The translations under genes and the position numbers were made by a program. A stretch of DNA of 64,000 nt. Origin: Betaproteobacteria bacterium. Lineage in GTDB: Bacteria > Pseudomonadota > Gammaproteobacteria > Burkholderiales > Rhodocyclaceae. Below, piece by piece: positions 50,574-62,035 of the stretch. Under the pieces are notes generated by a model. It saw only the letters and a list, made by a program, of their open reading frames with translations. It was not told the DNA's origin and ran no database searches. How positions within the stretch are numbered: position 1 is the first letter of the stretch; the number at the start of each line of letters is the position of its first letter. The DNA lies in contig JANNGP010000175.1 of assembly GCA_031403915.1 (NCBI GenBank), positions 7,759-71,758 on the forward strand, given 5' to 3'.

Positions 50574-51176
50574 CTATCGAAAAACATAATACGCGGCCGC
50601 AGTCACAATAAGCAGGCCGACAAGATAGTCAGCCCAAGCCAATTTCTGCTGATTCAGCTCAAGCCACTCAATTTCGGCCGATACCGGTGCATCCATCAGT
50701 TTTCGCCAATCCTGCGGGCGCGGCAGAGACTCAACATAACGCAAAACCAGCATCAGCCGAACAACACCCCGATCAGGGTCAAATCCAAAGTACTGCCAGG
50801 GCTTGAGAAAAAAATGCGTGGCCACAAGCAAATCGGGAAGTGGCATTAGCTCAAGGAACGTGGCGACAGCCATGAGTACCAGCAGCATGCGCCCGAGATG
50901 AACAAGTGCCTCAAACACACCCTCCTGCGTGGGTGCAAAAGACGAATTCCAAAGCGGCTCGCCGGCCACACCCCAGGAAAAAATAACGAAGAGTGAAACC
51001 AGCAGCCAGCGCGTGCGCCAAATGAGACGCGCTCCCCGCTTAAGTACTCGAGCACCAAGCAAAGGCAGTAAAAAAAAAGCAACGGACAACGCTGTGCCAC
51101 TGAAGAACTGCACAACGACAAGCAGCACAAGCCAGACAATGAGCCGTGTTGTCGGGTGGGTCTTTAGCCCCGCCAT
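50574..51176 (-). CDS. EcfT/CbiQ-like membrane protein
   Basis: HPTTRL N-terminus, several TM segments and DRGVVRLMLVLRY resembling an EcfT coupling region; start ATG 51176. Confidence 0.6.
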   Translation of the reverse strand: MAGLKTHPTTRLIVWLVLLVVVQFFSGTALSVAFFLLPLLGARVLKRGARLIWRTRWLLVSLFVIFSWGVAGEPLWNSSFAPTQEGVFEALVHLGRMLLVLMAVATFLELMPLPDLLVATHFFLKPWQYFGFDPDRGVVRLMLVLRYVESLPRPQDWRKLMDAPVSAEIEWLELNQQKLAWADYLVGLLIVTAAAYYVFR

Positions 51177-51280
51177 GCGTTTATCCTGTTCATTACAACG
51201 ATTCAACGATTAGCGTTGTGAAAAATAAAAGGCCGCAGCCCTGGAAAGAGCTACGGCCGGCATTTTACTTTCCTTACGGC

Positions 51281-54200
51281 TTATTGGCCGATTTTTGTCA
51301 GAATGGCTTGTGCTTTCTCCCGTTGAGTGGCGTCGCCCTCTTTCAAAACTTCCTGCAAGAGTTCGCGTGCGCCCTCAAGATCGCCCATTTCCTCGTAGGC
51401 CTTAGCAAGATCCAATTTAGTCGTGACTTCTTCGTTGACACTGATTTCGAACTCGGGTGCCAGATCTTCATCCAGACCAAACTGCGGATTAACGATTGTC
51501 GCAGCCTGTGCTGCAGAGAAATCGTCTTCCTGTTCGGGCTCCTGCCCAAAACCAAACTGCGGATTCACCTGAGTTTCTGACTGCATCACAGAAAAATCAG
51601 GATTGACGTTGGTCGACACCTGATCTTTTTCGAAGGCCGATTCTGGCGGCTCCTCGACTTTAGGCGCAGGCGGCGCAGAGGGCGGCATGGCAAGTTCGGG
51701 CGTATTCAGATCAAGATCAATCGAGTCCATGTCAAAGGATGAAGGCTCGGGCATCGAGCGACCCAGGAAGGTTGACTCGGTCAGGCTGACATCAAATTCG
51801 ACACCATCATCAACCGTAAGGGTACCCGGTATTTCACTCGCTTTACTCTGATCCACCGGCGGCTCTTCAACCCGTAGCGCAGGGCTTGCCTTATAACCGA
51901 CATCGAAATCAAGATCAGTAACCTCTTTATTCGCGCTCACCGCTGGCTCTGAATTAACCGAAGATTCCGGCAGATTAAAACTCATACCCGCCGCGGGTGT
52001 CGCACTGGAAGACGCAATGTCAAAATCAAGCGCACCGGCCTGGACAACGGCTTCCGGCAACTTGAGCGTCTCATCCATCGCCGATTTGTCGACAGGTGGC
52101 TTGCCGTCGCCCATACCGAGATCGAAATCAAGACTCGTCAAATCTGCCGCTTCAGCCGGAATGCTCTCAGCAACAGGAACATCGGAGACCAGAGCCCCAG
52201 AGCTGCCATTACTGGCTTCCTCGGCCAACTGTGACAACTCACCCGGCAGCGTAACCGTGTTCTTCATCGACTGGGGGGGAACAATCACCGTCGCGTCGGC
52301 ATCAAACGCCGCCGGCGCACTCGATGCTCCGCTGAACAACGGATTCTGCGGATCGAGCTTGAGACCCATCGCGGCCGCTTTTTCCCAATCGGCGCCAACA
52401 CCGCCTGTTTCGCTGTAAAGATCAGTCGCCAGGGTCTCGAACTGCTTGGTATCTTTCCGGTTTGAATAGATTTCAAGCAGTTTCAAATGAATGGCATAAC
52501 GTTTTGGATCCTTTACCCTGGCTTCTACAAGTATTTCTTCAGCCTGCGCATCACGGCCATACGCCATATAGACGTCGGCTTCAGCCACCGGATCAACCTC
52601 ATCCGTATCGATACTGCCCGGCCCCGCCTGACTGAAATCAGTCTGAACAGGGGTATGTGACGTATCGACACTCTGCCCGCCCGTATTGCGGAAGACAGAA
52701 TTGGCAGTCAGGCTATTACCCTGTGGTGACAGAGTGCTGCTCAAATCGAGTGGCGCTTCTTCATTGCCGGAACGACGCCGGCGAGAAAACACATAGGCAG
52801 CGATGAGCGCCAGAATTCCACCACCACCGGCCAGCGTCAGCGGATTATCAAGCAACTCTTCAATGAAGCCAGGCTCCTCAGGAGGCGGAGGGGCGATTAC
52901 AGGCTTGGGTTTTGGCTTTGGCATCTCAGCCGGTTCAGGCTTCAGTTCGGGCTTAGCCTCCTCCGGTTTGACTTCAGGCTTCGGTTCTGGCTTCGTTTCT
53001 TCAGGCTTGACTGGCGGCTCAACCGGTTTCGTCTCGACAGGCTTCTCCACAACGGCGGGAGCAGGTGTCGGAACCACAGGCGCAGGCTCAAGTTTGACAG
53101 GAGGCGTAACAGGTCCAGGAGCCGGGGTCTGTGGTTTGATTTCTTCCACCGGCTTCTTTTCTTCCGGCATGGCTTTGGCTGCTGCCTGTTTTTGCAACTC
53201 GGCCAGACTCAGGTTCTTTAACTCAACAAGCTTTTGTAAATCAGTGACGCTCTTCTCAAGCGTCTGCACGCGCTCATTCGCTTCCTTCAGCGCTTTTTCC
53301 TTGGCGATCAGATCTTCTTCGCTGCGTTTCGAGATACCACCGGGCTTGGCCGCGGCCATATCGGTTTTCGATACTTTCAACTGATCTTTCGCCTCGGCCG
53401 CAGGCGTCGATTTTTCCTCAACTTTGGCCGTAATCTTCCCGGTCGCCTCTTGCTTGGCTGAATCTTCCTTTACCGGAGCCTGTGCCGCAACAGCCGCCAA
53501 CTTGCTGCGATACGCATTCCAGTCCGATGACTGTGCCGCGACGATCTTTCTGGCTTCACTTGTTGTAATGGCTTCAATGGCCGATTTCTCAGGCACAGAA
53601 AGAATCTTGCCCGCCTTCAAGCGGTTCATGTTCCCGCCGTCAAAAGCATCCTTATTGGCGCGCATCAAACCCACCAGCATCTGATCCAGCGAAACACCCT
53701 GCGGCTTAACGGCACCGGCTATCTTGCTTAAGGTGTCACCACGCCTTACCTGAAGGGCATCTGTCGATTCGGCAGGCTTCTCTGCCATTTTTTCAACATC
53801 ATCCTGCGGTCGAACTTTGGAAACTTCCGGCTTTCCGGCCAAATCGTCGTTTACCGGTGCTGCAGCCCGCACCACTGGCGGCGCTTTGCTCACTACGGCA
53901 GACTTCGCCGTTGCCGTAACAACCGGCGCAGGCGCTTTTACCGTCACTTCGGGGGGGTCAAGTAAAAAAGTATATTCACGAACCAGGCGACCCGCTGGCC
54001 AATTCAGCTCAAGCAGCATATCAACAAAGGGGTCGTTGATCGGTTTGTCAGAACTCAGCCGGATGACAGACTGGCCATTGGCACGCTTATCCAGGCTGAA
54101 ACGGATACTCAACAAGGTCGTCGCGTAATCCAGCCCGGCTTGTTTGAATGCCTCCGGGGACGCAAGTTGCGCTTTCATTCCTGACAGTTCTTCTCGTGTT

Positions 54201-54379
54201 GCAGAGACTTCGATCTCGGCTCGTAGAGGCTGGCCTAGCGCAGAGAACACGGCGATCTTTCCAAGACCAGCCGCATGTGCCGCCAACGGTATTCCTGAAA
54301 GTACCAGACAGGAAGCAACCGCCATTACGGAGGTACGCAATCCGAAGAATTTTGGTGCTTTAAATGTTTTATTTGCCAC
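51281..54379 (-). CDS. fimV: FimV/HubP polar landmark protein
   Basis: LGKI.V.SALGQPLRAEI, GRLVREYTFLLDPP, LysM-like RRGDTLSKIA, DPVAEADVYMAYGR and C-terminal TKLDLAKAYEEMGD.EGARELL. Confidence 0.93.
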   Translation of the reverse strand: MANKTFKAPKFFGLRTSVMAVASCLVLSGIPLAAHAAGLGKIAVFSALGQPLRAEIEVSATREELSGMKAQLASPEAFKQAGLDYATTLLSIRFSLDKRANGQSVIRLSSDKPINDPFVDMLLELNWPAGRLVREYTFLLDPPEVTVKAPAPVVTATAKSAVVSKAPPVVRAAAPVNDDLAGKPEVSKVRPQDDVEKMAEKPAESTDALQVRRGDTLSKIAGAVKPQGVSLDQMLVGLMRANKDAFDGGNMNRLKAGKILSVPEKSAIEAITTSEARKIVAAQSSDWNAYRSKLAAVAAQAPVKEDSAKQEATGKITAKVEEKSTPAAEAKDQLKVSKTDMAAAKPGGISKRSEEDLIAKEKALKEANERVQTLEKSVTDLQKLVELKNLSLAELQKQAAAKAMPEEKKPVEEIKPQTPAPGPVTPPVKLEPAPVVPTPAPAVVEKPVETKPVEPPVKPEETKPEPKPEVKPEEAKPELKPEPAEMPKPKPKPVIAPPPPEEPGFIEELLDNPLTLAGGGGILALIAAYVFSRRRRSGNEEAPLDLSSTLSPQGNSLTANSVFRNTGGQSVDTSHTPVQTDFSQAGPGSIDTDEVDPVAEADVYMAYGRDAQAEEILVEARVKDPKRYAIHLKLLEIYSNRKDTKQFETLATDLYSETGGVGADWEKAAAMGLKLDPQNPLFSGASSAPAAFDADATVIVPPQSMKNTVTLPGELSQLAEEASNGSSGALVSDVPVAESIPAEAADLTSLDFDLGMGDGKPPVDKSAMDETLKLPEAVVQAGALDFDIASSSATPAAGMSFNLPESSVNSEPAVSANKEVTDLDFDVGYKASPALRVEEPPVDQSKASEIPGTLTVDDGVEFDVSLTESTFLGRSMPEPSSFDMDSIDLDLNTPELAMPPSAPPAPKVEEPPESAFEKDQVSTNVNPDFSVMQSETQVNPQFGFGQEPEQEDDFSAAQAATIVNPQFGLDEDLAPEFEISVNEEVTTKLDLAKAYEEMGDLEGARELLQEVLKEGDATQREKAQAILTKIGQ

Positions 54380-54478
54380 GGCGCCACCCTGAGCGTCGAA
54401 ATCGGAATTATTAAAATAACATCATGGAGTTAGCGATGCAAGCTAAACTTGCTTATGATGTGGAAAAATTCTCAAATA

Positions 54479-54508
54479 AAAAAACCGGGGAACAAGCCCC
54501 GGTTTTTT
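54479..54508 (-). terminator. Intrinsic terminator after asd
   Basis: Perfect hairpin AAAAAACCGGGG-AACAAG-CCCCGGTTTTTT. Confidence 0.88.
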
Positions 54509-54519
54509 CACTTTGCCAA

Positions 54520-55650
54520 TCAGTTATCGAGCAGGAGACGTAACATTCGTCGCAAAGGCTCGGCAGCCCCCCACAACAACTGGTCACCCACGGTAAAGGC
54601 AGCAAGGTACTCCGAGCCCATCGCCATCTTGTGCAGACGGCCTACGGGCACCGTCAGCGTACCTGTCACGGCTGCCGGCGTCAGCTCGCGCTCACTTATC
54701 TCGCGTTCATTCGGAACAACCTTGGCCCATTGATTGCCCTTGGCGATGATGTCGGTGACTTCATCCAAGGGCACATCCTTCTTGAGCTTGATAGTCAGCC
54801 CCTGGGAATGGCAACGCATGGCACCGATACGTACACACAGCCCGTCGATCGGGATGCTGCCCGGTGTGCGGAAGGCCGGACGACCCAGAATTTTGTTGCA
54901 TTCGGCACCGCCCTTCCACTCTTCCTTTGACTGGCCGCCGTCGACCGGCGCATCAATCCACGGAATCAAGCTGCCAGCCAGCGCCGTATTGCGGAAGTTC
55001 TTGGTCGGGAAGCTTGCAGCGCGCATCGTCTCGGCCACTTTGCGGTCGATGTCGAGAATCGCCGAGGCCGGATCAGCAAGATCCGCCTTGACAGCGTCGT
55101 GCAGTGCGCCCATCTGCGCGAGTAGCTCGCGCATGTTCTGCGCGCCCGCACCCGAGGCTGCCTGATAGGTCATGGCCGACACCCACTCGACGAGGTCGTG
55201 CTTGAACAGCCCACCGAGGCCCATGAGCATCAGGGAAACCGTGCAGTTGCCCCCGATCCAGTTCTTGCCACCCTTAACGAGCGCATCCTGAATGACGTTG
55301 AGGTTCACCGGATCAAGAATGATGACAGCATCCTTCTCCATGCGCAGCGAGGAAGCCGCGTCGATCCAGTGGCCGTTCCAGCCGGTTTCGCGCAGCTTGG
55401 GAAAAACCGCCTTGGTGTAATCCCCGCCTTGGCAGGTGATGACGATGTCCATCTGCTTGAGCATGTCGATCGACATTGCATCGTGCAGCACACCGCCATC
55501 CTTGCCGCCCAGCGCCGGGGCTTTGCCGCCAACCGCTGAGGTCGAGAAATAAACGGGCTCGATGAAGGCGAAATCGCCCTCTTCCACCATGCGCTGCATG
55601 AGGACGGAACCAACCATACCGCGCCAACCAACCAGACCAACCTTCTTCAT
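54520..55650 (-). CDS. asd: Aspartate-semialdehyde dehydrogenase
   Basis: [30 protein letters not shown] and [11 protein letters not shown]. Confidence 0.97.
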   Translation of the reverse strand: MKKVGLVGWRGMVGSVLMQRMVEEGDFAFIEPVYFSTSAVGGKAPALGGKDGGVLHDAMSIDMLKQMDIVITCQGGDYTKAVFPKLRETGWNGHWIDAASSLRMEKDAVIILDPVNLNVIQDALVKGGKNWIGGNCTVSLMLMGLGGLFKHDLVEWVSAMTYQAASGAGAQNMRELLAQMGALHDAVKADLADPASAILDIDRKVAETMRAASFPTKNFRNTALAGSLIPWIDAPVDGGQSKEEWKGGAECNKILGRPAFRTPGSIPIDGLCVRIGAMRCHSQGLTIKLKKDVPLDEVTDIIAKGNQWAKVVPNEREISERELTPAAVTGTLTVPVGRLHKMAMGSEYLAAFTVGDQLLWGAAEPLRRMLRLLLDN

Positions 55651-55742
55651 TTCAATCCTCAAACCTACAGTTATTCGTCGAAACGTCTACAACGCACAAC
55701 ACGGCATTTGGTGTACGCCGCCCGAAACATTCTGCTGGCGTT

Positions 55743-56801
55743 TTACAACGCAGCAAGAACGGCGTCGCCCATCTCCTTAGTACCCACCTTCTTCGTACCC
55801 GCCTCGTTGATGTCGCCGGTACGGAAGCCCTGCGCCAACACCTTCTTTACCGCCGTTTCGATACGTTGTGCCACATCTTCCTTGCCAAAGGTGAAACGCA
55901 TCATCATGGCGACCGACAGAATTGTCGCCAGTGGATTAGCCACGCCCTTGCCGGCGATATCCGGTGCCGAACCGTGACACGGTTCGTACATCCCCTTGTT
56001 GTTCTCGTCCAGAGAAGCTGACGGCAACATGCCGATTGATCCGGTGAGCATCGATGCTTCGTCAGACAGAATGTCGCCAAACATGTTCCCGGTGACCATC
56101 ACGTCGAATTGCTTGGGCGCTTTTACCAACTGCATGGCCGCGTTATCGACCAGCATGTGCGAGAGCTCAACGTCAGGATATGCCGGTGCCAGTTCGTTCA
56201 TCACGTCACGCCACAACTGCGTGGTTTCCAGCACGTTCATCTTGTCGACCGAGCACACCTTCTTGCTACGCTTGCGTGCCGCCTCAAAAGCCACAATACC
56301 GATACGGCGAATTTCATCCTCGTCGTAGATCATCGTGTTGCGCCCAACGCGCTTGCCATTTTCGGTAGCAATGCCGCGCGGCTGACCGAAATAAATATCA
56401 CCCGTCAGTTCGCGCACAATCAGGATATCAAGCCCGGCGACCACTTCGGGCTTGAGTGTCGAGGCGTTGGCCAGTTCCGGATACAGAATGGCCGGGCGCA
56501 GATTGGCAAACAAGCCAAGTTGCTTGCGAATACCCAGCAGACCGCGCTCCGGGCGTTGTTCACGCGGCAGCACATCCCACTTCGGGCCACCAACCGCACC
56601 GAGCAGCACGGCATCGGCCGCTTGTGCCAACTTCTGGGTTGCTTCGGGATACGGGCTGCCTGTGGCATCAACGGCACAACCACCCAGCAGCGCTTCTTCC
56701 ATCTCGAACTTCAAGTCGAGCGCTTTCAGCACACGCACAGCTTCGGCCATGATTTCTAGACCAATGCCGTCACCCGGCAAGACACAAATCTTCATGCTCA
56801 T
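55743..56801 (-). CDS. leuB: 3-isopropylmalate dehydrogenase
   Basis: [27 protein letters not shown] and [12 protein letters not shown]. Confidence 0.97.
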   Translation of the reverse strand: MSMKICVLPGDGIGLEIMAEAVRVLKALDLKFEMEEALLGGCAVDATGSPYPEATQKLAQAADAVLLGAVGGPKWDVLPREQRPERGLLGIRKQLGLFANLRPAILYPELANASTLKPEVVAGLDILIVRELTGDIYFGQPRGIATENGKRVGRNTMIYDEDEIRRIGIVAFEAARKRSKKVCSVDKMNVLETTQLWRDVMNELAPAYPDVELSHMLVDNAAMQLVKAPKQFDVMVTGNMFGDILSDEASMLTGSIGMLPSASLDENNKGMYEPCHGSAPDIAGKGVANPLATILSVAMMMRFTFGKEDVAQRIETAVKKVLAQGFRTGDINEAGTKKVGTKEMGDAVLAAL

Positions 56802-56808
56802 CCTTTAC

Positions 56809-57447
56809 TTATGAAAACAACCAGGGCTGCTTGATACGACGACTGTCTTCAAACGCACGGATCGTGTCGGCGTGACGCAAGGTCAGGCCGATATCGTCCC
56901 AACCGTTGACCAGACACTCCTTGCGGAACGAATCCACCTCAAAGGTGATCGTCTTACCGTCCGGACACGCAATCGTCTGCGCCGGCAGATCAACGGTCAG
57001 TTTGTAACCGGGATTCGCCTCAACCGCGGCGAACAGCTCGCCAAGTATCTTCTCCGACAACACGATCGGCAGGATGCCGTTCTTGAAGCAGTTATTGAAG
57101 AAGATGTCGGCATAGCTCTCGGCCAGAATGACGCGGAAGCCAAAATCCAGCAACGCCCACGGCGCATGCTCACGGGAACTGCCGCAGCCGAAGTTTTTGC
57201 GTGTGAGCAGGATTTGCGCACCCTGATAGCGCGGCAGATTGAGCACGAAATCCGGCTTTTTCGGACGGTTCGTGCAATCCTCTCCGGGCTGACCCATATC
57301 CGTATAGCGCCATTCGTCAAACAGGTTCGGACCAAAGCCCGAACGCTTGATCGACTTCAGAAACTGCTTGGGGATGATGGCATCGGTATCGACATTGGCT
57401 CGATCCAGCGGCGCCACCAGCCCTTCAAGACGAACAAACTTTTCCAT
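56809..57447 (-). CDS. leuD: 3-isopropylmalate dehydratase small subunit
   Basis: [13 protein letters not shown] and [15 protein letters not shown]. Confidence 0.97.
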   Translation of the reverse strand: MEKFVRLEGLVAPLDRANVDTDAIIPKQFLKSIKRSGFGPNLFDEWRYTDMGQPGEDCTNRPKKPDFVLNLPRYQGAQILLTRKNFGCGSSREHAPWALLDFGFRVILAESYADIFFNNCFKNGILPIVLSEKILGELFAAVEANPGYKLTVDLPAQTIACPDGKTITFEVDSFRKECLVNGWDDIGLTLRHADTIRAFEDSRRIKQPWLFS

Positions 57448-57468
57448 AAATTCCCTTGTAATTCCGCC

Positions 57469-57597
57469 TTATTTGGCAGCCTTTTCGATAGCCTGACCAC
57501 CTTTTTCAATGTCCTTGCCAACACCTTGCACGGTATTGCATGCGATAAGCGAAGTTGCAGAGACGATGACGAAAAGCACGAAAGCAAGTTTTTTCAT
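57469..57597 (-). CDS. Entericidin A/B-family lipoprotein (absent from the ORF track)
   Basis: Hand-translated MKKLAFVLFVIVSATSLIACNTVQGVGKDIEKGGQAIEKAAK with lipobox LIAC and CNT..G.GKD; AGGAGA RBS. Confidence 0.9.
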   Translation of the reverse strand: MKKLAFVLFVIVSATSLIACNTVQGVGKDIEKGGQAIEKAAK

Positions 57598-57608
57598 GGT
57601 ATTTCTCC

Positions 57609-59015
57609 TTAAAGCAAATCACGAACATCAGAAAAATGCCCGGCAATCGCAGCAGCAGCCGCCATTTCCGGACTCAAAAGATGTGTACGCCCACCGGCAC
57701 CCTGCCGGCCTTCAAAATTTCGGTTCGAGGTCGACGCGCAACGCTCACCGGCTTCCAGTCGGTCAGCATTCATCGCCAGGCACATCGAACAACCGGCTTC
57801 ACGCCACTCGAATCCGGCATCCAGAAAGATCTTGTCCAGACCTTCACTTTCAGCCTGCGCCTTAACGAGGCCGGAGCCCGGAACAGCCAGCGCCAGTTTG
57901 ACGTTGGACGCCACCTTGCGCCCCTTGGCAACCGCCGCGGCAGCACGCAGATCTTCAATGCGGCCGTTGGTACACGAACCGATAAAAACCTTGTCGATCT
58001 GAATTTCAGTGATCGGCGTATTGGCCTTCAACCCCATGTACTTCAAAGCCAACTCCATGCTTTCACGGCGTGCCGGGTCTTTTTCAGCCGCCGGGTCGGG
58101 CACCTTGTCGCCAATGGCCACGACCATTTCCGGCGAGGTACCCCAGGTGACCTGCGGTTCAATAGCATTGGCAGCTATGTCCAACACACTATCAAACACG
58201 GCACCTTCATCGCTGTGCAGCGTGCGCCAGTAAGCCACGGCGGCATCCCATTGTTCGGCCTTTGGCGCGAAGGGTCGCCCCTTGACGTAATCGATGGTCG
58301 TCTGGTCGACGGCAATGAAGCCCATACGCGCGCCGGCCTCGATAGCCATGTTGCACAGGGTCATGCGCCCTTCCATCGACAGCCCGCGAATCGTGCTGCC
58401 GCCAAATTCGATGGCATAGCCCGTACCACCAGCCGTGCCAATGCGGCCGATCAGGGCAAGCGCGATATCCTTGGCCGTGACGCACTTGCCGAGCGCACCC
58501 TCAACACGCACCAGCATGGTCTTCGACTTTTTCTGCAGCAGACATTGCGTAGCCATCACATGCTCGACCTCGGAGGTGCCGATGCCTAGGGCCATACAGC
58601 CAATAGCACCGTGCGTGCTGGTATGCGAGTCGCCACAGACGACCGTCATGCCGGGCAGGGTTACGCCGTTTTCGGGCCCGACAACATGCACCACGCCTTG
58701 GCGCTTATCCATGAACGGAAAGTAGGCCAGCGACCCCGTCTCGCGGATATTGGCATCGAGGGTCTCCACCTGAAGGCGGGAAACCGGATCTTGAATCCCG
58801 CGATCCCAATGATTGGTAGGCGTATTATGATCCGCCGTCGCCACCAGCGAAGAAACGCGCCAGGGTTTGCGGCCAGCGAGTTTCAAGCCTTCAAAGGCCT
58901 GCGGGCTGGTCACCTCATGCACCAGATGGCGGTCAATGTAGATCAGCGCAGTTCCATCGGCCTGTTCATGCACCACATGGTTTTGCCAGAGTTTGTCGTA
59001 TAAGTTTTGCGGCAT
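57609..59015 (-). CDS. leuC: 3-isopropylmalate dehydratase large subunit
   Basis: [39 protein letters not shown] and [12 protein letters not shown]. Confidence 0.98.
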   Translation of the reverse strand: MPQNLYDKLWQNHVVHEQADGTALIYIDRHLVHEVTSPQAFEGLKLAGRKPWRVSSLVATADHNTPTNHWDRGIQDPVSRLQVETLDANIRETGSLAYFPFMDKRQGVVHVVGPENGVTLPGMTVVCGDSHTSTHGAIGCMALGIGTSEVEHVMATQCLLQKKSKTMLVRVEGALGKCVTAKDIALALIGRIGTAGGTGYAIEFGGSTIRGLSMEGRMTLCNMAIEAGARMGFIAVDQTTIDYVKGRPFAPKAEQWDAAVAYWRTLHSDEGAVFDSVLDIAANAIEPQVTWGTSPEMVVAIGDKVPDPAAEKDPARRESMELALKYMGLKANTPITEIQIDKVFIGSCTNGRIEDLRAAAAVAKGRKVASNVKLALAVPGSGLVKAQAESEGLDKIFLDAGFEWREAGCSMCLAMNADRLEAGERCASTSNRNFEGRQGAGGRTHLLSPEMAAAAAIAGHFSDVRDLL

Positions 59016-59120
59016 ATGTCAGCTATCCGGAAAATTCAGGCCACCAGCGACCCGTTTGAACCTGAGATTATCTCATGGCTTGCCCGGACTGTCAGCCCGA
59101 ACGGCACAAAAGAGGTCGTA

Positions 59121-59960
59121 TCAATGTCCCCTGCGCGCAGCAAGGTAGAGGGGCTGCACGCGGTCAGCATAGCTGCGCAAATCGGCAATGCGTGAATCGT
59201 GCGACGGATGCGTTGATAACCACTGCGGCGTACCCCCGCCTGAAACACGCGCCATCTTCTCCCACAAAGCAATGGCGGCATGCGGGTCGTAACCCGCACG
59301 GGCAGCCAGCTCAACCCCGATCCGGTCTGCCTCCTGCTCCATCCCGCGCGAATTCGGGCGCATGAAGGCCAATTCTCCGGCAGTGCCCAGAACAGTCTGG
59401 CCAAGCCCCGGGTCTACACCGAAATACGAACCAATCAGAGCCCCGCCAATCGCCGCTGCAACACCCACCCCGGCGGCCTGCCCGGCCTTCTCCCGACCGT
59501 GTTCGCGCAGAGCATGGGCGATCTCGTGCCCCATCACCGCAGCCAGTTCGTCATCGCTCAAATGCAAACGCTCGATCAAACCGGAGTAGACCGCCATCTT
59601 GCCGCCGGGCATGCACCAGGCATTCAGTTCCTTTGAGCTGATAACATTGCTTTCCCATCGCCAACCCGGCGCATCAGCACGAAATACGGCCGTTACCGGT
59701 ATCAGCCGGGAGGCAATGGCGCGCACCCGATGCAATTCTTCCGGATCACGATTCAGCCGCCCCTTGGCTTGTGCATCACGCATCGTCTGCTGATAGGCTC
59801 GTTCGGCCGAACGGTTGACCTCGGAAGACGACACCAGCATGGTTTGCTCACGATCAACGCCAACTGTCCCGCCCGAGGTAGTTCGTGTTGAGGCGCAACT
59901 TACTGCAAGCACAGCGGCCAGCAGGACAAAAACCTTAGTCTTGATGCTTTGATGCCCCAT
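59121..59960 (-). CDS. M48-family zinc metallopeptidase, probable lipoprotein
   Basis: Lipobox-like AVSC, NAWCMPGG, HEIAH zinc motif, EQEADRIG and LSTHP. Confidence 0.9.
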   Translation of the reverse strand: MGHQSIKTKVFVLLAAVLAVSCASTRTTSGGTVGVDREQTMLVSSSEVNRSAERAYQQTMRDAQAKGRLNRDPEELHRVRAIASRLIPVTAVFRADAPGWRWESNVISSKELNAWCMPGGKMAVYSGLIERLHLSDDELAAVMGHEIAHALREHGREKAGQAAGVGVAAAIGGALIGSYFGVDPGLGQTVLGTAGELAFMRPNSRGMEQEADRIGVELAARAGYDPHAAIALWEKMARVSGGGTPQWLSTHPSHDSRIADLRSYADRVQPLYLAARRGH

Positions 59961-59968
59961 GTAAATCC

Positions 59969-61159
59969 CTAAATATCACCTGAAACGTCTACAACGCGCC
60001 GGGCACTCCCTTCGCCGACATCTTTTTCGCGAATCCACGTCGCCACTAGTAGCAAGCCGATCAGCGCAAAAAACGAGCTGAAGACAAATGTCAGTTGCCC
60101 GCCAAGATGATCCCAGAGCCAGCCACTGACAAGGCCCCCGACCAGCCCGCCGCCACCGAAAGTCAGGCTCGAATAAAGTGCCTGACCGCGCGACCGGGTA
60201 CGCCCCGGAAACCAGCGATTGACTGCAGCAATCGCTGCCGCATGGAAAGAGCCGAAGGTCAGGCCGTGCAGCAGTTGCGCCAGAATCAGCACAACCGGGA
60301 ACTCAACGCCCCAGCCAATCATTACGAAGCGCAGCACAGCGGCTGCAAAACTCCATAGAAGAATGATGCGCAGACTAAAGCGACGCATCAGCCGTGACAT
60401 GAAGTAAAAAACCGCGACTTCGGCCAACACCCCCAGAGACCACAACGCGCCAACAATCGATTTGCTGTAGCCGTTCTCGGACAAAAATATCGAATAAAAA
60501 ATATACAAGGCACCATGCGCAGCCGACATGGAAAAACAGGCGGAGAACAGCGCCTTGACGCGTGTCTGGCGCATGATTTGCCAGACCGGCGGATGCTCGG
60601 CATGCGCCTGATAGGGCGGCGCCTCCGGCACGATCATGGCGCAAAGAAAGGTTCCGCCCAGCATGGCGGCGATCATCCAGAGCAGACTGGGTAACGCCAG
60701 ATAATCGAGCAAGGCGCCGGTGCCAGTCACCGTGACGATGAACCCGATCGATCCCCACAGCCTGATCCGGCTGTATCGCGCAGAATTCTCGCGCAGATGG
60801 TCAAAAGTAACGGTTTCAACCAGTGGTAACGCAGCCGCCCAGAAAAATGAAAGCACTGCCAGAGCCACAAGAAACGCCTCGAAACTTCGAATGAAGAAAA
60901 AGGAGGACGACACCAGCAAGGCCATCAGGCCGGCCAGACGAATAATGGGTGCCCGTCGCCCGAGCCGGTCGGCCAGCGCCCCCCAAAGATAGGGGGCGAA
61001 AAGGCGCATCAACTGCATTTGGGACATCAGCACGCCGATGTCCCAGGCAGAGAATTCAAGGGATTTTAGATACAGCCCGAAATAGGGCAGGAATACGCCG
61101 ATGAAGGCGAAATAGAAAAAGTAATAGCCGGCTAGACGCCAGTAGGGAAAGGAAGGCAT
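59969..61159 (-). CDS. MFS transporter (MFS_1_like, HcaT-type)
   Basis: YFFYFAFIG..LPY, YSRIRLWGSIGF, GVLAEV and QLLHGLTFG. Confidence 0.88.
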   Translation of the reverse strand: MPSFPYWRLAGYYFFYFAFIGVFLPYFGLYLKSLEFSAWDIGVLMSQMQLMRLFAPYLWGALADRLGRRAPIIRLAGLMALLVSSSFFFIRSFEAFLVALAVLSFFWAAALPLVETVTFDHLRENSARYSRIRLWGSIGFIVTVTGTGALLDYLALPSLLWMIAAMLGGTFLCAMIVPEAPPYQAHAEHPPVWQIMRQTRVKALFSACFSMSAAHGALYIFYSIFLSENGYSKSIVGALWSLGVLAEVAVFYFMSRLMRRFSLRIILLWSFAAAVLRFVMIGWGVEFPVVLILAQLLHGLTFGSFHAAAIAAVNRWFPGRTRSRGQALYSSLTFGGGGLVGGLVSGWLWDHLGGQLTFVFSSFFALIGLLLVATWIREKDVGEGSARRVVDVSGDI

Positions 61160-61302
61160 CCGGCAATTTTACCGGATGCATCATTAAAAACTGCGTCGTT
61201 ATTCCATTTCCAAATCAATGATGTCACGACGACGAGCCGTAGACAGTGCAATTAGCACGGCAAGGCGAAGTCAACAAAGACAGGATTGGTTTGGCACTGG
61301 AA

Positions 61303-61566
61303 TTACTTGACTGTTTGCTGGCCGGAGCGGTAAGCCAGCATGAGATGGTACAGATCGTCCTTAACTTTTACGCGGTGTTTTTTCAAATCTTCAATGGTGA
61401 AATCATCTACAGGCATATCGTGTTCTTCAAGATCTTCAACCTTGCCGGTCAGTCGGTGGTACGTCGAATACAAACGTGCAAACAGCGGGTTCCCACCTTT
61501 CAATACAGTAATTGCATCATTCATTTCCGGAAATTCTTTGTGAAGATCATGGTGCTCGACGTGCAT
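61303..61566 (-). CDS. DUF465/YdcH-family protein
   Basis: HDLHKEFPE...F.RL...YH.L...E...LKKHRVKVKD.LY. Confidence 0.85.
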   Translation of the reverse strand: MHVEHHDLHKEFPEMNDAITVLKGGNPLFARLYSTYHRLTGKVEDLEEHDMPVDDFTIEDLKKHRVKVKDDLYHLMLAYRSGQQTVK

Positions 61567-61722
61567 GATCGCGCCCTCTCTCTATTTCTGGCCAAATCCA
61601 AAGTAGCCAGCATGGTTTATAAAAAACTGCAACTCTGTAAGCCCTCCTGACTAATGTATCACTACCTTACAAAACTGTTTAGCCCCTTTGATACTGCAAT
61701 TTTTTACAGTGTCCGAAACCTC

Positions 61723-62035
61723 GGGCGTGTTCTCAATTAGCCACGGGATGACGTTTCTCCCGGCATGGGGATGGATGCCAGGCGCGAGTTGCAGCGAATG
61801 GCCACTCCCTTCGCAAGACGAGCAACGCCGCAGACGCCCCATGCCGGGGCACCCCAGGGGTATTTCTTCACGATACCGTGTATCGCTCAGGGCAAAACCT
61901 GGAGGGCAAGGGCTTGGCGCGGGCCATCGCGGTGTTGCCGGTCGCTTGCATAGACGACTATGCTGCGCGCCCGGCGCCTTGCGCTGCAACCACGCCAAGC
62001 CCGTGCGCCACTCGTGCATAATTGAGAACACGCCC
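61723..62035. mobile_element. MITE-like non-autonomous element (313 bp)
   Basis: Perfect 17-bp terminal inverted repeat GGGCGTGTTCTCAATTA (61723-61739) / TAATTGAGAACACGCCC (62019-62035); internal hairpins; no transposase. Confidence 0.8.

Noticed and set aside
52850-53170. Pro/Glu/Lys-rich quasi-repeats in fimV
   Set aside because: An ordinary low-complexity linker for FimV/HubP proteins.
57469-57597. Entericidin gene inside the leu operon as a novelty
   Set aside because: From memory this leuC-ecn-leuD arrangement is common in betaproteobacteria; listed as a feature only.
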